Below are positions 18,901 to 31,250 of a stretch of DNA of 64,000 nt, piece by piece. The notes beneath the pieces were generated by a model. That model did no database searches and had not been told where the DNA came from. It worked only from the letters and a program-made list of their open reading frames with translations. The translations under genes were made by a program, and so were the position numbers. Numbering within the stretch: position 1 is the first letter of the stretch; each line of letters opens with the position of its first letter. Origin of the DNA: Antedon mediterranea (lineage: Eukaryota > Animalia > Echinodermata); contig NC_092679.1 in NCBI RefSeq assembly GCF_964355755.1, positions 16,413,432-16,477,431 of the forward strand. Direction: 5' to 3'.

Positions 18901-21598
18901 GCAGCCTTAATAGAGTATCCAACTCTACTAAAACACATACAGTAATGTCATACCTATAACTCACCTCAATATAACAAAGAATAAAGACGTCCCATATACC
19001 AGGAGTATCAAGAATAGACATGATGTTATTAATGGCCAACTCTCCATGCTTGTCACTCTGTTTTGATTCCTCTAAACGCAAAGCATGGAACAAACATATA
19101 TTAGTATTTATAAACATTGAAATCTATCAAGAAATATATATACAAAAGAAAACACAAACATTAAAGTCTCAGTTAAGACTAACTGAGACTTTTTCGAGGT
19201 CTGAGGTCTTAGATTAAACCTATGATTAAGTAGGCATTTCCAAGTTCCATGCCACATTTCATGAGTTAAGGTCAGCCTTGCACAAAACACCCCCACCTCC
19301 AATTGAATTGAATAACGAACAAATATTTTCGATAAAACTAAAGTAAAACATCTATTAAGGGGACCACAGAAAAGTGTCCCCTTAATAGGAATTGGTTAAA
19401 TGTTAAAAGATATACTGCTCCTTATACAGTTAACAGGAAAGTAGTGTTAATATAGTTGTCTCTAAAGACTAATTTACATAGACGAGCGGTGACGGTAAGC
19501 GAAAAACCATGTAGCTTGTCACACATAGATTCTGTATCTATCCTCAGCCTGCTCCATGCTTTGTGTAAATGGTGATAAGGAATAACAAAGATTCTATATT
19601 TTTATTACCGTTACCACTCGTCTGCGTAAATTGGCCTTAAGAAGGCTTTCTACTGCATACCTTCATTTTCATCATGGTCTTCGGTTTGTTCTCTTTGAGT
19701 CCAAAGTGCAAACTCAATGAGTCCAGTATACGCTACTATCAATTTTTTCCATTCCTTTTCCGTCATTTCTTGCCATTTCGTTTTCTGTCCTGCCTTTCCT
19801 ACTTTGTCCTGTATTACTTTATATGCTTCCTCAAACTGGTTTTCCCGAAGGAGATTAAATACTCTTTCCATATGTTTCTCTTTACAGTTATAAAAGTTGG
19901 ATGTTTCAACCTTCCTAAAACAAAACAAAAAATAACCTTTTCTTTGATGGAAACCAAAGGAGTACAATATTGGTGGTTAAAATGCTTGCCTTACAATCCC
20001 AAGGTCCAGCATTCAATCTTGACCTATTGGCAGGGTTCAATTCTGATCTAGTGCCAGGGATGTAACACACAACTCTTTTAACTCCACTCTTTAAGACTTA
20101 AATGAGACTTAATTTATGAGCACTATAAATTACAAAATAGTTTATCCATCCTGTAATTGCTGAAATATAAAATATCTTATCTATCTGAAATTAAAACTTT
20201 AATTTTAACTTTAACTTATAGATGAATAAGAAGAAAACAAGAATAAATTAACTTTCCGCACCAAATATGGCTGAGTTCAGTGAATAGAGTGTACGCATGA
20301 AGGGGGTTTCTTCTGTAGTTTTATAAGATTATTTACCTGAAAAACAGTTCCTTAATTTCTTTATTAGATGCTGCATGCTGATAGACCACTTCTGCCCCAC
20401 ACTAAACAAGCAAAATTAGAAGAAAAAAAAAAATTTACAAATATGTGATACACTAAGACTAGAGACAGGCAATGTGCTCTTTACACAGATAGTCTCATAT
20501 GAAGTAGCTATTTTCTTGCACAAATGTTTATACAGTATCGGGTTTAAATTCCCTAAAGCTCTGTCTACATTATCAAACTAGTTTGACAAAAAAAAGTGTG
20601 ATGTGCTCAAATATGGTAGTGATGATGTCATATCACTACCATATTTAATAGTGTAGACAGAGCTTTAGTTAGGTATTAAAACAAATGTTGTTGTCACCTG
20701 AAAGCAGATTCATGTGTTCCTCAAAATCATAGCTTACAAACCTATTTAAAAGGTCGCTTATCTATTTTTCCTACTACTGTTATATCATAGCTCTCTAGTT
20801 ATAATATGCTGTGCATTGTAAATGTTAAAATACATAATCAAGTAAAAGAAAAGTAACATTTTTGTATAAAGTATGTTACCTTCCAGGTATAGTCTCTAGT
20901 TGTCCAGATTGAATGGCGCGCAAGGCACATAAGAACATCATTTGCTTTATACCAGCGATGCGTTAGAAGAGTTTCTCGTAGTGCTGATATTAAGCATTCA
21001 ACTGCAAATTAAACAAATAAATTAAAAACAAAGTAGCAAAAACATAGGGACTCAAAATTATTCTACTCCAGTCACTACATTTACACATAAAATTCAAGTT
21101 ATATTATCAAGACATCTGATACAAATTTTTGCTACACCGTGTAAACTTGATTGATTGATTGAAATTTATATTTATACTGGGTAACCTCTTCAGTCAAAGA
21201 CTGGTCTCCCAGAGGGCCCAGTTGGTGATCAGTGGCTGTGATGTACTAATAAACCGGGGTAACCCCCTCCTCGTCTCGAAAGATGTACTAGGTTCTTTAA
21301 AGTGCACACGAGCTAGATGTGTACACTGGACCTACGGTTTATAGTCCTTATCCGAGAAGACTCGTTCTACCACCAGAACCATGGAGTGAGTGAGCCTCGA
21401 ACCCCTGCCGATGTTATGGCTACGTAATTACGGTTCCACTGTCTTAACCGCTCGGCCACTCACTCGAACAGAATTTCTCTTGGAAAAACAGTACAGTTGG
21501 CTCTACCATTGTACTCAATAAAGAGAATGGTGAGTAAATGACGAAAGTGGCATACCTGGTGATTGGAGATGATTAGAATACGACAGGGCGTGGTAATA
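12957..21598 (-). CDS. TAF1A: TATA box-binding protein-associated factor RNA polymerase I subunit A (TAFI48), 5' end unresolved. Exons 21556-21598, 20880-21001, 20337-20401, 19661-19914, 18965-19071, 18099-18251, 16759-16855, 15818-15935, 14974-15137, 12957-13072
   Basis: Ten phase-compatible GT-AG exons (413 codons). Motifs PGIWDVFILCYIE, NPNSYVYLYQYL, VPS, LFDMLDYACW..PWK, WWPSYHF and KATIAGLLLG match recalled TAF1A blocks (PGVWDPFVKSYVE, NPNAHIYLYNFL, LFGVLDFAG, WWPGFHF, KAFVAGLLLG). The start exon is probably between 21900 and 23600. Confidence 0.88.
13290..14790 (-). mobile_element. Deu/Nin-type SINE split in two by a hAT-like insertion
   Basis: 13290-13549 and 14749-14790 together align with the intact copy at 21149-21465. 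Confidence 0.8.
13550..14740. mobile_element. 1191-bp non-autonomous hAT-like element
   Basis: TIR CAGTGGCGTATCCAG / CTGGATACGCCACTG; perfect 8-bp TSD GGCAAGGT (13542-13549, 14741-14748). No transposase ORF. Confidence 0.9.
15965..16260 (-). mobile_element. Degenerate SINE with Deu/Nin-like core and CCTTTTA tail
   Basis: Minus strand reads GGATGGGACGTAAACC...GGTCCC...GCACATTAAAGAAC...TACACTTTTCCCAAAGAGT and ends in ACCTTTTACCTTT. Confidence 0.55.
17293..17610 (-). mobile_element. Interspersed repeat carrying an internal tRNA-like cloverleaf (17364-17435); second copy 43196-43610 (+; cloverleaf 43426-43498)
   Basis: The two copies share ~55 nt upstream of the cloverleaf, the cloverleaf, an oligo-T tract and a downstream block. 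That block is duplicated inverted here and direct at 43 kb. Confidence 0.75.
19468..19637. mobile_element. MITE family 3 (TIR GGCCAATTTACACAGAC..GCGGTAACGGTAA); also ~27273-27440 and ~56950-57120
   Basis: Inverted ends. The 27.3-kb copy is flanked by TAA on both sides (Harbinger-like). Confidence 0.7.
21149..21465 (-). mobile_element. Full-length tRNA-derived Deu/Nin-type SINE with (CAAT)n tail; 3' fragment also at ~47715-47830
   Basis: A-box TGGCCGAGCGG, B-box GGTTCGAGGC, core ...GGATAAGGACTATAAACCGTAGGTCC...TTAAAGAACC...GGGGTTACCCCGGT resembling the recalled DeuSINE domain. Confidence 0.8.
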
Positions 21599-22404
21599 CT
21601 TTACCAATATAATTTGTTTAAAGAAATACATTTTTATATATAATATAATTATATCATTTTAATTCATCAATTTATGTTTGCTTTTTAGTTTAATGTTTAA
21701 TATGATTTATCTTTTATTCAATTTTATTATTGAAGGCCAAATTATAAATAAACCCTGTACTTATACTATATATTATTTTTATTACTATATTTGAAAAAAA
21801 AATATTAGTATTATTATTATTATCAAGGAAGACTGAAATTAATCTTCTTTGGTTATACTGTAACAATATACACTGTAGTTAAACTCTATCTATAACAACA
21901 TTTCAATCTTCTATCAACTAAAGTATAGTCATGTCCCGGGACCACACTCTATTAGTCACCACAGATAGACTTTCTTTATCAGTGCTTCTATGAATGGATG
22001 ACTTTTGGGAGCAGGAACGCTAGTAGACGTAACCCAGTAACGTTTTGATTCCGATCATTCGGGACATTTTCCTCATGTCATTGAATAAAGTTTCCAAAAA
22101 TGGACTGATATATTATTACTGTTACTGGAAATCAAATCGTGTACAGTAATTGAACGTTATGGCTAAAGATACGGTACCGTATTCATACTTCTAAAAACTA
22201 AAGGTACGGTAATTATAGATTGTGTTATGTAAGATAGATGTTAATCAAATAGGTTGTGGCAATGGTTTTCAGCAACCAGCTGTGTGGCGTGGTGGGCTTG
22301 TGATGAGGCTATGGCTTAAGGGGTTGCAGGTTCGATTCTCTACTTGACGTTTTTTTTTTAGTTTTTAATATAAGAGAAATTGTTTAGAGAGTTAGGTTTT
22401 TAAA

Positions 22405-22523
22405 ATTTAGGAACGCGTTTAATATTTAGGAACAAGTTTTAATATTTAGGAACGAGTTTTATATTTAGGAACGAGTTTTATATTTAGGAACGAGTTTTAT
22501 ATTTAGGAATGAGTTTTAGGAAT
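22405..22523. repeat. Minisatellite, ~19-21-bp unit TTTAGGAACGAGTTTTATA, about 6 copies
   Basis: Direct inspection. Confidence 0.9.
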
Positions 22524-24458
22524 GCAATTTTACCGTACCTTTAGCAAACGGAAGCGCCCTCTATAATTACCATACCTTTTCTTTTTAGAAGTATGGATAC
22601 GGTACGGTACTTTAGCCACGGCGTTAATTGAATACCTTGGTTCATATCTCCAGCACGATTGTTACTATCCGTTTTAAATGGAGTAGTCTTTCTTAAATGG
22701 AACTCTACATCTCGGTTTTTTTTAGTGCTCCTGCTGCTGGAACAACAGGATGTTTCCGAGGGAGCTAACTCTTCATCAACCTGGCACAAATAGATAAGTC
22801 ACAAGTTTTAAAAGATGTATCTTCCTCAAAAATAAAGATTATAAAATCAGACTTTGAATAGGCCATATTGTAGTTAATAAAGTTATTCACTTTCATAGAA
22901 AAAATACTGATTTCACTTATAAATAAAAAGAAAAAATAAACAATTCAATATAACCAAAACCATTGTCTGACAGTCAATTTAAATTTTTTCTTAAATTACA
23001 GTTTTTTTTCAGGTAAAAATATATATTCTTTTTCAGTCCAATTTTTGGACAAAGTGAATAACTAGTGACATTAAAATGACATTTTGAACGACAAAATTAA
23101 CATTTTTAACCTACAATTTTTTATCCTGACTAACTATCCTATCTTAAACTAATGTTTTGTTGTACTTTTCGATCCAGCCAGTTTCAATAAAATTTTAAAA
23201 ACAATAGCATTTTTAATTTTAGATTCAATCAATAACATAGACTATAGTCATATAGAATAGATAGTCAAGATTCTTGAATCATCCATTCTGTAGACTTACT
23301 CATCCTTCCAACAAATGTTACAAAACTGTATATTCTATTTATTTTCGTTCTATTCAGTTTTTCATTCATATTTGTCTAGCTAGGCCTAGGCCTAACACTC
23401 TCGTCTGTGTACCCAGTCGGATGTTGACGGGCCGGGAAGCCGTTAATTCTGCTGTAGTAAGTGTAGGAGTACAGTGCCACATGTGAAGTTGGGCCTAGGA
23501 AAATTATCAAAGATTTAAATACATTTTTGTATAAATACAACACTTATACTATATTTTTGGCACTAAATTCGACATAATTAGTTACATATTCTACTTGTTC
23601 TTGTATGCTAAGATCACTTGCACTCATCTCTCTGAACACGTGCGGCGAGGAGAATAACAACAACAAACTTTTTTTTTAGTTGACCAATGATAATATTTGC
23701 GGTCCGCAACGATTTGTTAACATATTGGGAGTGAATTATTTTTATATTTATCCATCCATCAATAGGCTCAGGTTAAAGGTTAAGCCAGCTCAGCAGTGTT
23801 GAGTTATTTTGATTTCTCATCATACAAACAACAGCTGTTACTTTATTATTTTGGTAGTAGTAGGCCTAGGTAATTATTAACTAGTACACCTGGTAAATAT
23901 GTATATTAGATATAACCTAAGTAGAGTAATAATGGAGTTATAGACTAACGTCATACCGCGCGGTAAACTAATTTATAATGTCTTGTCTCGCCTTTTTAGT
24001 TAGTTAGCTAGCTAGCCTGGCGCCCTACTACTACTACTAGTTAGCAGGAGGGTAAACCAGCAGGAGCTAGCTAAGTTAGGCTAGTGTAGTGAGACTGTAT
24101 GGCTGGTTTAAGAAACCTGAAGGAGGAGGGGATCCATTCCCGTAGTAGGCCAGGTCCGGACTCTAGACCTTTGGGGTGGGATGTTTTCAGATCAGTTTCT
24201 TAAAGGAATAAAAGGGTGAATTGATCACGGTGATCCTGGGGAATAAAAAGATCACCTTTTTCATCACTCCAAATTTATGATTTGATATGAAGTTATTATT
24301 TACGGTGTTATAATAATTTTATATATTTATAATCATATTTATTATTCAAATTGCGCAAATCGTTCAAATCGCGCATAACATATACATTTTTAAATAGAGT
24401 AAAATTATGTCGTGATTGAAATATTGATTTTAACTTTTTTTTTCTAGGTATTAAAATA

Positions 24459-25977
24459 ATGAAATTAATGGAGAGAATGTTACTGTTATTTGCATTGTGT
24501 GCTGTGCATGTGTCTGGGCAGATAGATATAAACCAGCAACAACAGCAGCACAACATGCATCAACAAAATGGACAACAACAGCCCATTGAGAACTTGCACG
24601 TTCAAGCTCAAATGAATCAGCAGCAACAACAGCCAAATGTAAGCCTACCAATCCTATGTCCCCTTAATAAAGGTGTTCCCTGAATAGGGAAGGCCCCATA
24701 GTGCTAAAACATGTTTCCCCTAGTTAGTTTCACAGGAATATGTCCCCTTAATACTAATACAGTAGGGGTGTTTCACATGAATATGTCCCCTTAATAGGGG
24801 TGTTTCACAGGAATATGTCCCCTTAATAGGGGTGTTCCACATGAGTATATTTACACAGTATTAATATTATTTTGTATTTTTCTTCTATGATTTTTATTAC
24901 TGGTATATTTTCTTTTTAATTGTTTAGATAGTAAATCAAGCAAATGTACCTCCTCAACAAGTTCCAGTTAATTCTCATCCACCACCAGAGGGCGATGTAA
25001 CAGGAAGAACAAATAGATTGAGAGATAAAAGTCACATTCATGATAAAGAGTGAGGTTTATTTTATTTAGTTCATTGTGAAATCATATTCATTTTAAATAC
25101 AATCAATTCTTGGTAATTCGTTTTTTTTTTATCCTTCGTTTTCTTTATCCTTTGTTTTTTTTATTCTTCGTTTAAATGTATCTCTGTTTCACTCATCTGA
25201 TGCTTTACCTCCAATTGGAGACACCTCATCTTTCCTATTCTTATCACCATTCCGAACTTTCCAAACCAAAGTGATTTGTCTTCATTCTGTTGCTTTTGTA
25301 CCCATCCCTGATACCATTGTCAAACCACCTGTCACAAAAAAAATGTTAATTCCAGTCATACATTTTTGGAATTTAGTAATATGTTGAATATGTGCTAAAA
25401 TATACCCACAAAAATAACATCAATGTATTTTTACATGTCACCTAAATACTGAGTCGCATAAATACTGTGTCACTCGCATAAATACTGTGACGTCACTTGC
25501 ATAAATACTGTGACGTCACTTGCATAAATACTGTGTCCCATAATTACTGTGTGTCCCATAATTACTGTGTGTCACATAAATACTGTGTCACATGACAGAC
25601 ACTGAACAATAAAATCAACAGAATGGTGGCCACATCACTTTGGTTAATCTAACCAATCATACCATTCCCTCCACAGGCATATAAAAGAACATCTTCAAGA
25701 CGTTATCAGTCCAGAAGATTCAGGCCGTGAAATGACGGAAGACGAGCTTGAATTTTATTATTTTAAATTACATGATTACGATCAGAATAATCGACTAGAT
25801 GGCGTGGAAATTATGAAAGCTATGTTTCATTTTGATGAAAAAGATCACCAATCGGATACAAAAGTAGACGAAGAAGAAATCTTTAACTTAGTATCCGATG
25901 TTTTGGAAGAATTTGATAAAAATTTGGATGGCTTTATTGACTATCCTGAATATTCAAGTGCTCAACTCAACGGTTGA
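24459..25977 (+). CDS. MCFD2: MCFD2 homolog, isoform A (200 aa). Exons 24459-24638, 24928-25049, 25677-25977
   Basis: Signal peptide, Gln-rich linker, HDKE|HIKEHL, MTEDELEFYYFKLHDYDQNNRLDGVE and DKNLDGFIDYPEY (two EF hands). Phases 0 and 2 are consistent. Confidence 0.93.
25455..25592. repeat. Minisatellite ~19-23-bp unit CATAAATACTGTG(ACGTCACTTG) in MCFD2 intron
   Basis: Direct inspection, about 6 copies. Confidence 0.85.
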
Positions 25978-27517
25978 TAAATTATATAATTTTTTTAATT
26001 GTTTAATTTTCACACTATATTTTTATATTAATATGCTTTAATTTCTAATATTTGTTTAGAAATTCACTCAGGGCCACAGATACAGTGGTATATAGCTTAT
26101 TGTAGTAACATGCCCACCGTGCCCCCTAGTTTGATACAATTTAAGCACAATTTTGCACAGTACTGATAGTCGGAATGACTATTTAGTCTAGTTATTAATT
26201 ATTTAAAAAGCAACATTTTAGACGTTTAATACTTTACAAGGTGCTTTTTTAAAAAATAAATATAATATATTGTGCTATAAATTAGTTTTTTTGGATATGC
26301 TATTTTAATGTAACACAATAGTTATTCAGTTTGTCAAAAAATTGGACCGAAAAAACAACATTATTTATATTGACAAAAAATATGTTTTCCAAAAACTTGT
26401 AGTATTGGGAAAATACATCTATAACTAGTAACTTTTTAAACTTGTAATGCTGTGTGTAGGGGGAGGGGGTGGTCGGAGGTAGTGATCGGGTGTTTTTAAG
26501 CCAAAAATATCTTGTTACATTACACAATGTGTAAGGTCTGAGACGGCACTGCTCACAAAGATAAATAATAATTGTAAGAGTTAATGAAAATGAAACATGT
26601 ATTAACAAGCAATAACAAATAAAATGTTTCTTATATAAACTGTCCATCCATTGAAGATGAAGAACTAATACGAGAGCAATAAAGTTTGAATTCATATATT
26701 GGTGGTTAATTTAATTACAATCTGCTAAGCTGAAAGGTGTAATTGCGAAATAGAATGTAAGCACAAAGTATGTATTCATAGTCGCATTGTTACGAAATTT
26801 AAATTCACTTATGCTCTGTCTACACTATCAAACTTTATGTGACAAAATATGCGATATGCCCACATATGATGATATCATATCATCGTGCCTATATATGGAC
26901 ACGTCACACTTTTTAAAAAAAAACTATTTTGATAATGGAGGTATAAATACCTCAATGGTTTGATAGTGTAGACAGTGATTTAGAGTTGAGGTTATTAATA
27001 TTTCTAGTCTTTGAAAGCAACACCTATGAAAAAATTGCGTAACAAACAACAAGCAAGTTTATTTTGTCGGTATTAAAGAAAGAAAAATCTATATAAGCTT
27101 AAAATAATTTCCCGTACGGTAATTGTCGGAACCGAGGGTTTCCCCGGATTCCGTTTTCTGGAGGTTTCGGATATTATTCACAAATAGTAGTAGGGCCTAC
27201 CAAATGAATGCTTACAACGAACGATATCGTAGTTAGCACATGGCCCAGTGTATCGTTTTATGATGCATATAAAGGCCAATTTAGACAGGTAAGGGAAAAC
27301 CGCGTAGCTTGAACAATGTAAAATCTGTATCCTAAGAAGGAACCGCCTATCCGCTACGCGTTGTGTGTAAATGGTCATAATTAAGGAATAGCATATTCTA
27401 TATTTTTATTACCGTTACCGCTTGTCTGTGTAAATTGGCCTTAACGTTTTAAAATATCGATAGTTGTTAGTTTTCTAAAGCATAACCGACACATTATATT
27501 TGTTTTTTTTTTCTCAG

Positions 27518-27818
27518 TCATATTATGCACCATTTGGATTCCATCGTAGACAAACCAACATCAGAAATGACGGAAGAAGAATATCAATTTTACTATTTTA
27601 AAGTGCATGATTACGACAACAACAATGTACTGGATGGCATTGAGCTAATACAAGCGATGACAGACTTCCACTTGGAAGAAGATGACGACCCCGAAGACAG
27701 GCTTAGTCTAAGTGATATGGAGCTATTCGAAATGCTCGAACCGATATTCGACGAGGATGACGTAAATAGGGATGGCTATATTGACTATGCTGAGTTTGCT
27801 GCTTCGCCAGATTTATAA
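27518..27818 (+). CDS. MCFD2: MCFD2 alternative (duplicated) terminal exon; isoform B, 200 aa when spliced to 25049
   Basis: Strong acceptor (T12)CTCAG at 27517, same phase 2. Reads HIMHHL...MTEEEYQFYYFKVHDYDNNNVLDGIE...DVNRDGYIDYAEF*. No separate signal-peptide exon found in 25978-27517. Confidence 0.85.
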
Positions 27819-29040
27819 AGCTTGGTTACCACTAGGACACAACGCAAGCGTGTTGACCAATGACAAGCGACAGCGCGAATAATCCAGCGCTTGTGATTGG
27901 TCAAACACTTACGTTGCGTGACGTCCTTGTGTTGCGTCTTTAGCATATCCCCAGATATGCCCCCGACTATTATATAGGCTTATATTTGGCCATCATCGCC
28001 GTGACTTGACACAGTAAACTAAAAATTTCAAATGCAACTAGGAGAAACGTCCGTGGCAAATGTGGGACCATTACGGGATTCAGAGAAAAAATATCTGCGA
28101 TAGTCGGGAGGAAAATACCATGGTGTCATTTGTCAAGAGTTAGTACGGAGCGAATACAGTTTGTAAAGTCGCCACAGACTAGGGCTAACTATAGGCCTAT
28201 TTAAGCAAAGAAAGGGTTTACCGCTATTTACCAAATACCACTAAATTGTGCAATGTATCACCAACAGAGGCCTACTGTATTTTTACTTTCTCACTTCAGA
28301 ACTGGTTATTGATACATAAATTGATAATATTGTCTTGTAAATGATATATTACTTTTAATTATTTAAAAAATCCTTAGTTTTATTAGCTATTAGGCGGCTC
28401 GAAGAGCAATCGGTATTTAAACGGTCGTGCGATTGTTAAATGCGGTCGTACGACTGTTAAATGCGATCGTACGATTATTAAATGCGATTGTTCAATCCGG
28501 TCGTGCGATCGTTTTAAAAGGCGATTGTGCAAACTTTTACATTTTTTTTACAAGTTTCATCGCTTTCAATGCGAATATTTTTTTTGTTGATTTCCGACAT
28601 TTTAGATTAGCATCAGCGTGAACAATCCACTGTTACTTGTACCTACTTATTATTATACAAAAACTTGAAAGTAATTCGTAATATTAGAACTTTTAAATGT
28701 ATTTTAAATGAAAAAAATAAACACAAATATGCAAGTTCCATTCCTACAATCTTCCAGGTGATAAAAAGTGCGTCTTCCTAAAAAGTGTCTTCTTATTTTA
28801 TAGTGCCCTCCTGACCAATAGTGCCTTATGAGTGAATAGTGTATTTTAAATTAGTGTACCTCAATATTTATAGTCTTTCTGTAGCATTATGAATTGGACA
28901 GTTTTATTAATACATTAGTTAGAATTTATTCAATAAAAAGAAATAATATTAATTGTCTAGAGTTTGTACTGTTTATTTGGTATCATGTAAAAACAATTAA
29001 AAAAAAAAGTACTATCACACGATCGTTTAATAGTACCGTT

Positions 29041-29420
29041 TATATAACACCTATATAAATTCCTGTCATTTGATTGGACGAATGTGGGTCACATGGCGTG
29101 CAATAGTACGCACTATTCAACGATCGTTAAATAGTACTTTTTGAAACATTTTTGTGTACGAAAAAAAAACGTCTAGATGTTATATAAAACAAATAATGAA
29201 TGTTTTGTATTCGTGTAATGGTACAAATAATGGCACTTGGTGAATGATAAAAGGTTATATCAACTCGGCTTTGCCTCGTTGATATAACCTTTCATCATTC
29301 ACCTCGTGCCATTATTTGTACCATTGCACTCTTAAACATTCATTATTTGTATACTATTGAACGCCATGTGACCCATGATCGTCCAATCAAATGACAAGAA
29401 TATATATAGGTGTGTTATAA
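29041..29420. mobile_element. Foldback element: outer ~65-bp inverted repeats plus an inner ~165-bp hairpin
   Basis: 29041-29108 is inverted at 29352-29420. 29187-29350 is a near-perfect palindrome centred on CTCGGCTTTGCCTCG. Related ends at ~2150-2285 and ~15600-15680. Confidence 0.8.
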
Positions 29421-31057
29421 CAATTATCATTAAATGACTTTGATAAGTATCTATCATTCATTTTGATACGCCACTATACATAAATATCCCATTCTAATCA
29501 AGGAGATCTTTGTGGTCCGAAATACAATACCATATAAGGCCTAACAATGCGGTTATAGGCCTATAAATGCAAACATGCCACCAGCTCAAATTCATCTGAT
29601 TTAAACGTTCAGCAATTATTATAAGGTAGGCCTAAATTAAAAAAATAGCTGGTTAAATTGATCGTTTCTCTACACCTTTGGTGCAATTTTTATGTGGAAC
29701 ATGATTTTTTTAGGAAATACAATAAGCACAAAATATTCCATATTCAATCTAACGATAATTGATAATAAATTAATTGAAATTTGTATTTTTACGATGGCCT
29801 TGAAATATCTTTGAGCTAGTAGTACAGTGACTATTATAATAGTTAATAGTTATATCAGGGAGTTGTTACAACTCCCTGGTTATATTTCCCCCCTAAAAAA
29901 ATTATTTTTAAAAATGTGTTTGTTGAATATGCCTTTTTAATGTTACATATTAACAGTTATTCACTATTACCAAAAACTTGAAAAAATGAAATTAAAAGCA
30001 AAAACACCTACATTTTTTCTATGGAAGTGATTGGTTTTATTAAAACTGCAAAATGGCCTAGTCAAAATCTGATTTTATTAATCCGTTTATTTTTCCTGTT
30101 TTTGGAGACAATACATCTTTAACAGACTACCAATTCTACTACCAGTACGTCACGTGCATCCTGCTAAACTGGCTCACTAATTTGTTAAATATAATCACAA
30201 CTATTTAATTTGATTTTGCTTATACGCTAATTGTCATTGGACAGGATAATAGTAAACGATGCATTGTGTTTTCTGTGTAGGCCTAATGAGAGCAGTTTAC
30301 AAGCCACGTTAATTACTCATTAACAAACACAAACAACTTGTTAGATAATGAAGAGAGATAGTTTGATAAAGGCCTTAAGCTCCTGTCTACACTATCAAAC
30401 TTTATGTGACAAAAACAATGTGATGTGCCCATATATGGACATGATGATGTCATATTATTACTATATTTTGGCATATCACTACCATATTTGGGCACATCAC
30501 ACTTTTGTCAAACTAGTTTGATAGTGTAGAGCTAGCTTTATACCGTATAATTCATTTATCAGACCGTTGATTCACCATTAATCATCTATAAGTATATTCA
30601 TTCTTTAGTCAATAAAACCATGAATTAATAACATTATTACTATTTTAATATTACTCCATGATTTTTATCATTACCGTATAGGTCCTACTTTTTTCTATGT
30701 AGACCTCAGTATTACATGCTTAGCGATAATTATGTCCAAATTGAAGTTTCTAATTTCCGCAACGCGAAAAACAATGCATTTCAAAGGTAACGTGCACATT
30801 TGTCATAGTCTTTTCGCTATAAAACCTACTATAACTACGCTACGGTAACATACCACTTACTGATTTCTTCCTTAATTTAGGCATATTATTATCGGACATC
30901 GGACAATAGTGGAATTATTTCGTTTCTTTTTTCCCCTATAGTTTGAATCATTTTCTAGCGTGGCTCGGAATACAGATACAGATACCACTATCAGTCATGT
31001 TTAGGCCCAAGTAATATGACCCAGAAAATAGAATAAATACTTAGGAGCACCCTTTAT

Positions 31058-31250
31058 AATTGTCCGCCACCCCTTTCCTAATTGTCCACCAACCTCTTTT
31101 TATTTGTCCGTCACCCTTTCCTAATTGTCCACCATCCCTTTCCTAATTGTCCACCATCCCTTCCTAATTGTCCACCACCCCTCTTCCTATTGGCCACCAC
31201 CCCCTTCCTAATTGTCCGTCACCTCCTTCCTAATTGTCCGTCACCCTCCT
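31058..31250. repeat. Minisatellite ~21-23-bp unit CTAATTGTCCACCACCCCTTC, about 9 copies
   Basis: Direct inspection. Confidence 0.9.

Noticed and set aside
22541-22789. 82-aa ORF as a TAF1A coding exon (22636-22780)
   Set aside because: It has plausible splice sites, but its phase does not join the 21598 exon and I recognise no homology. Left unresolved.
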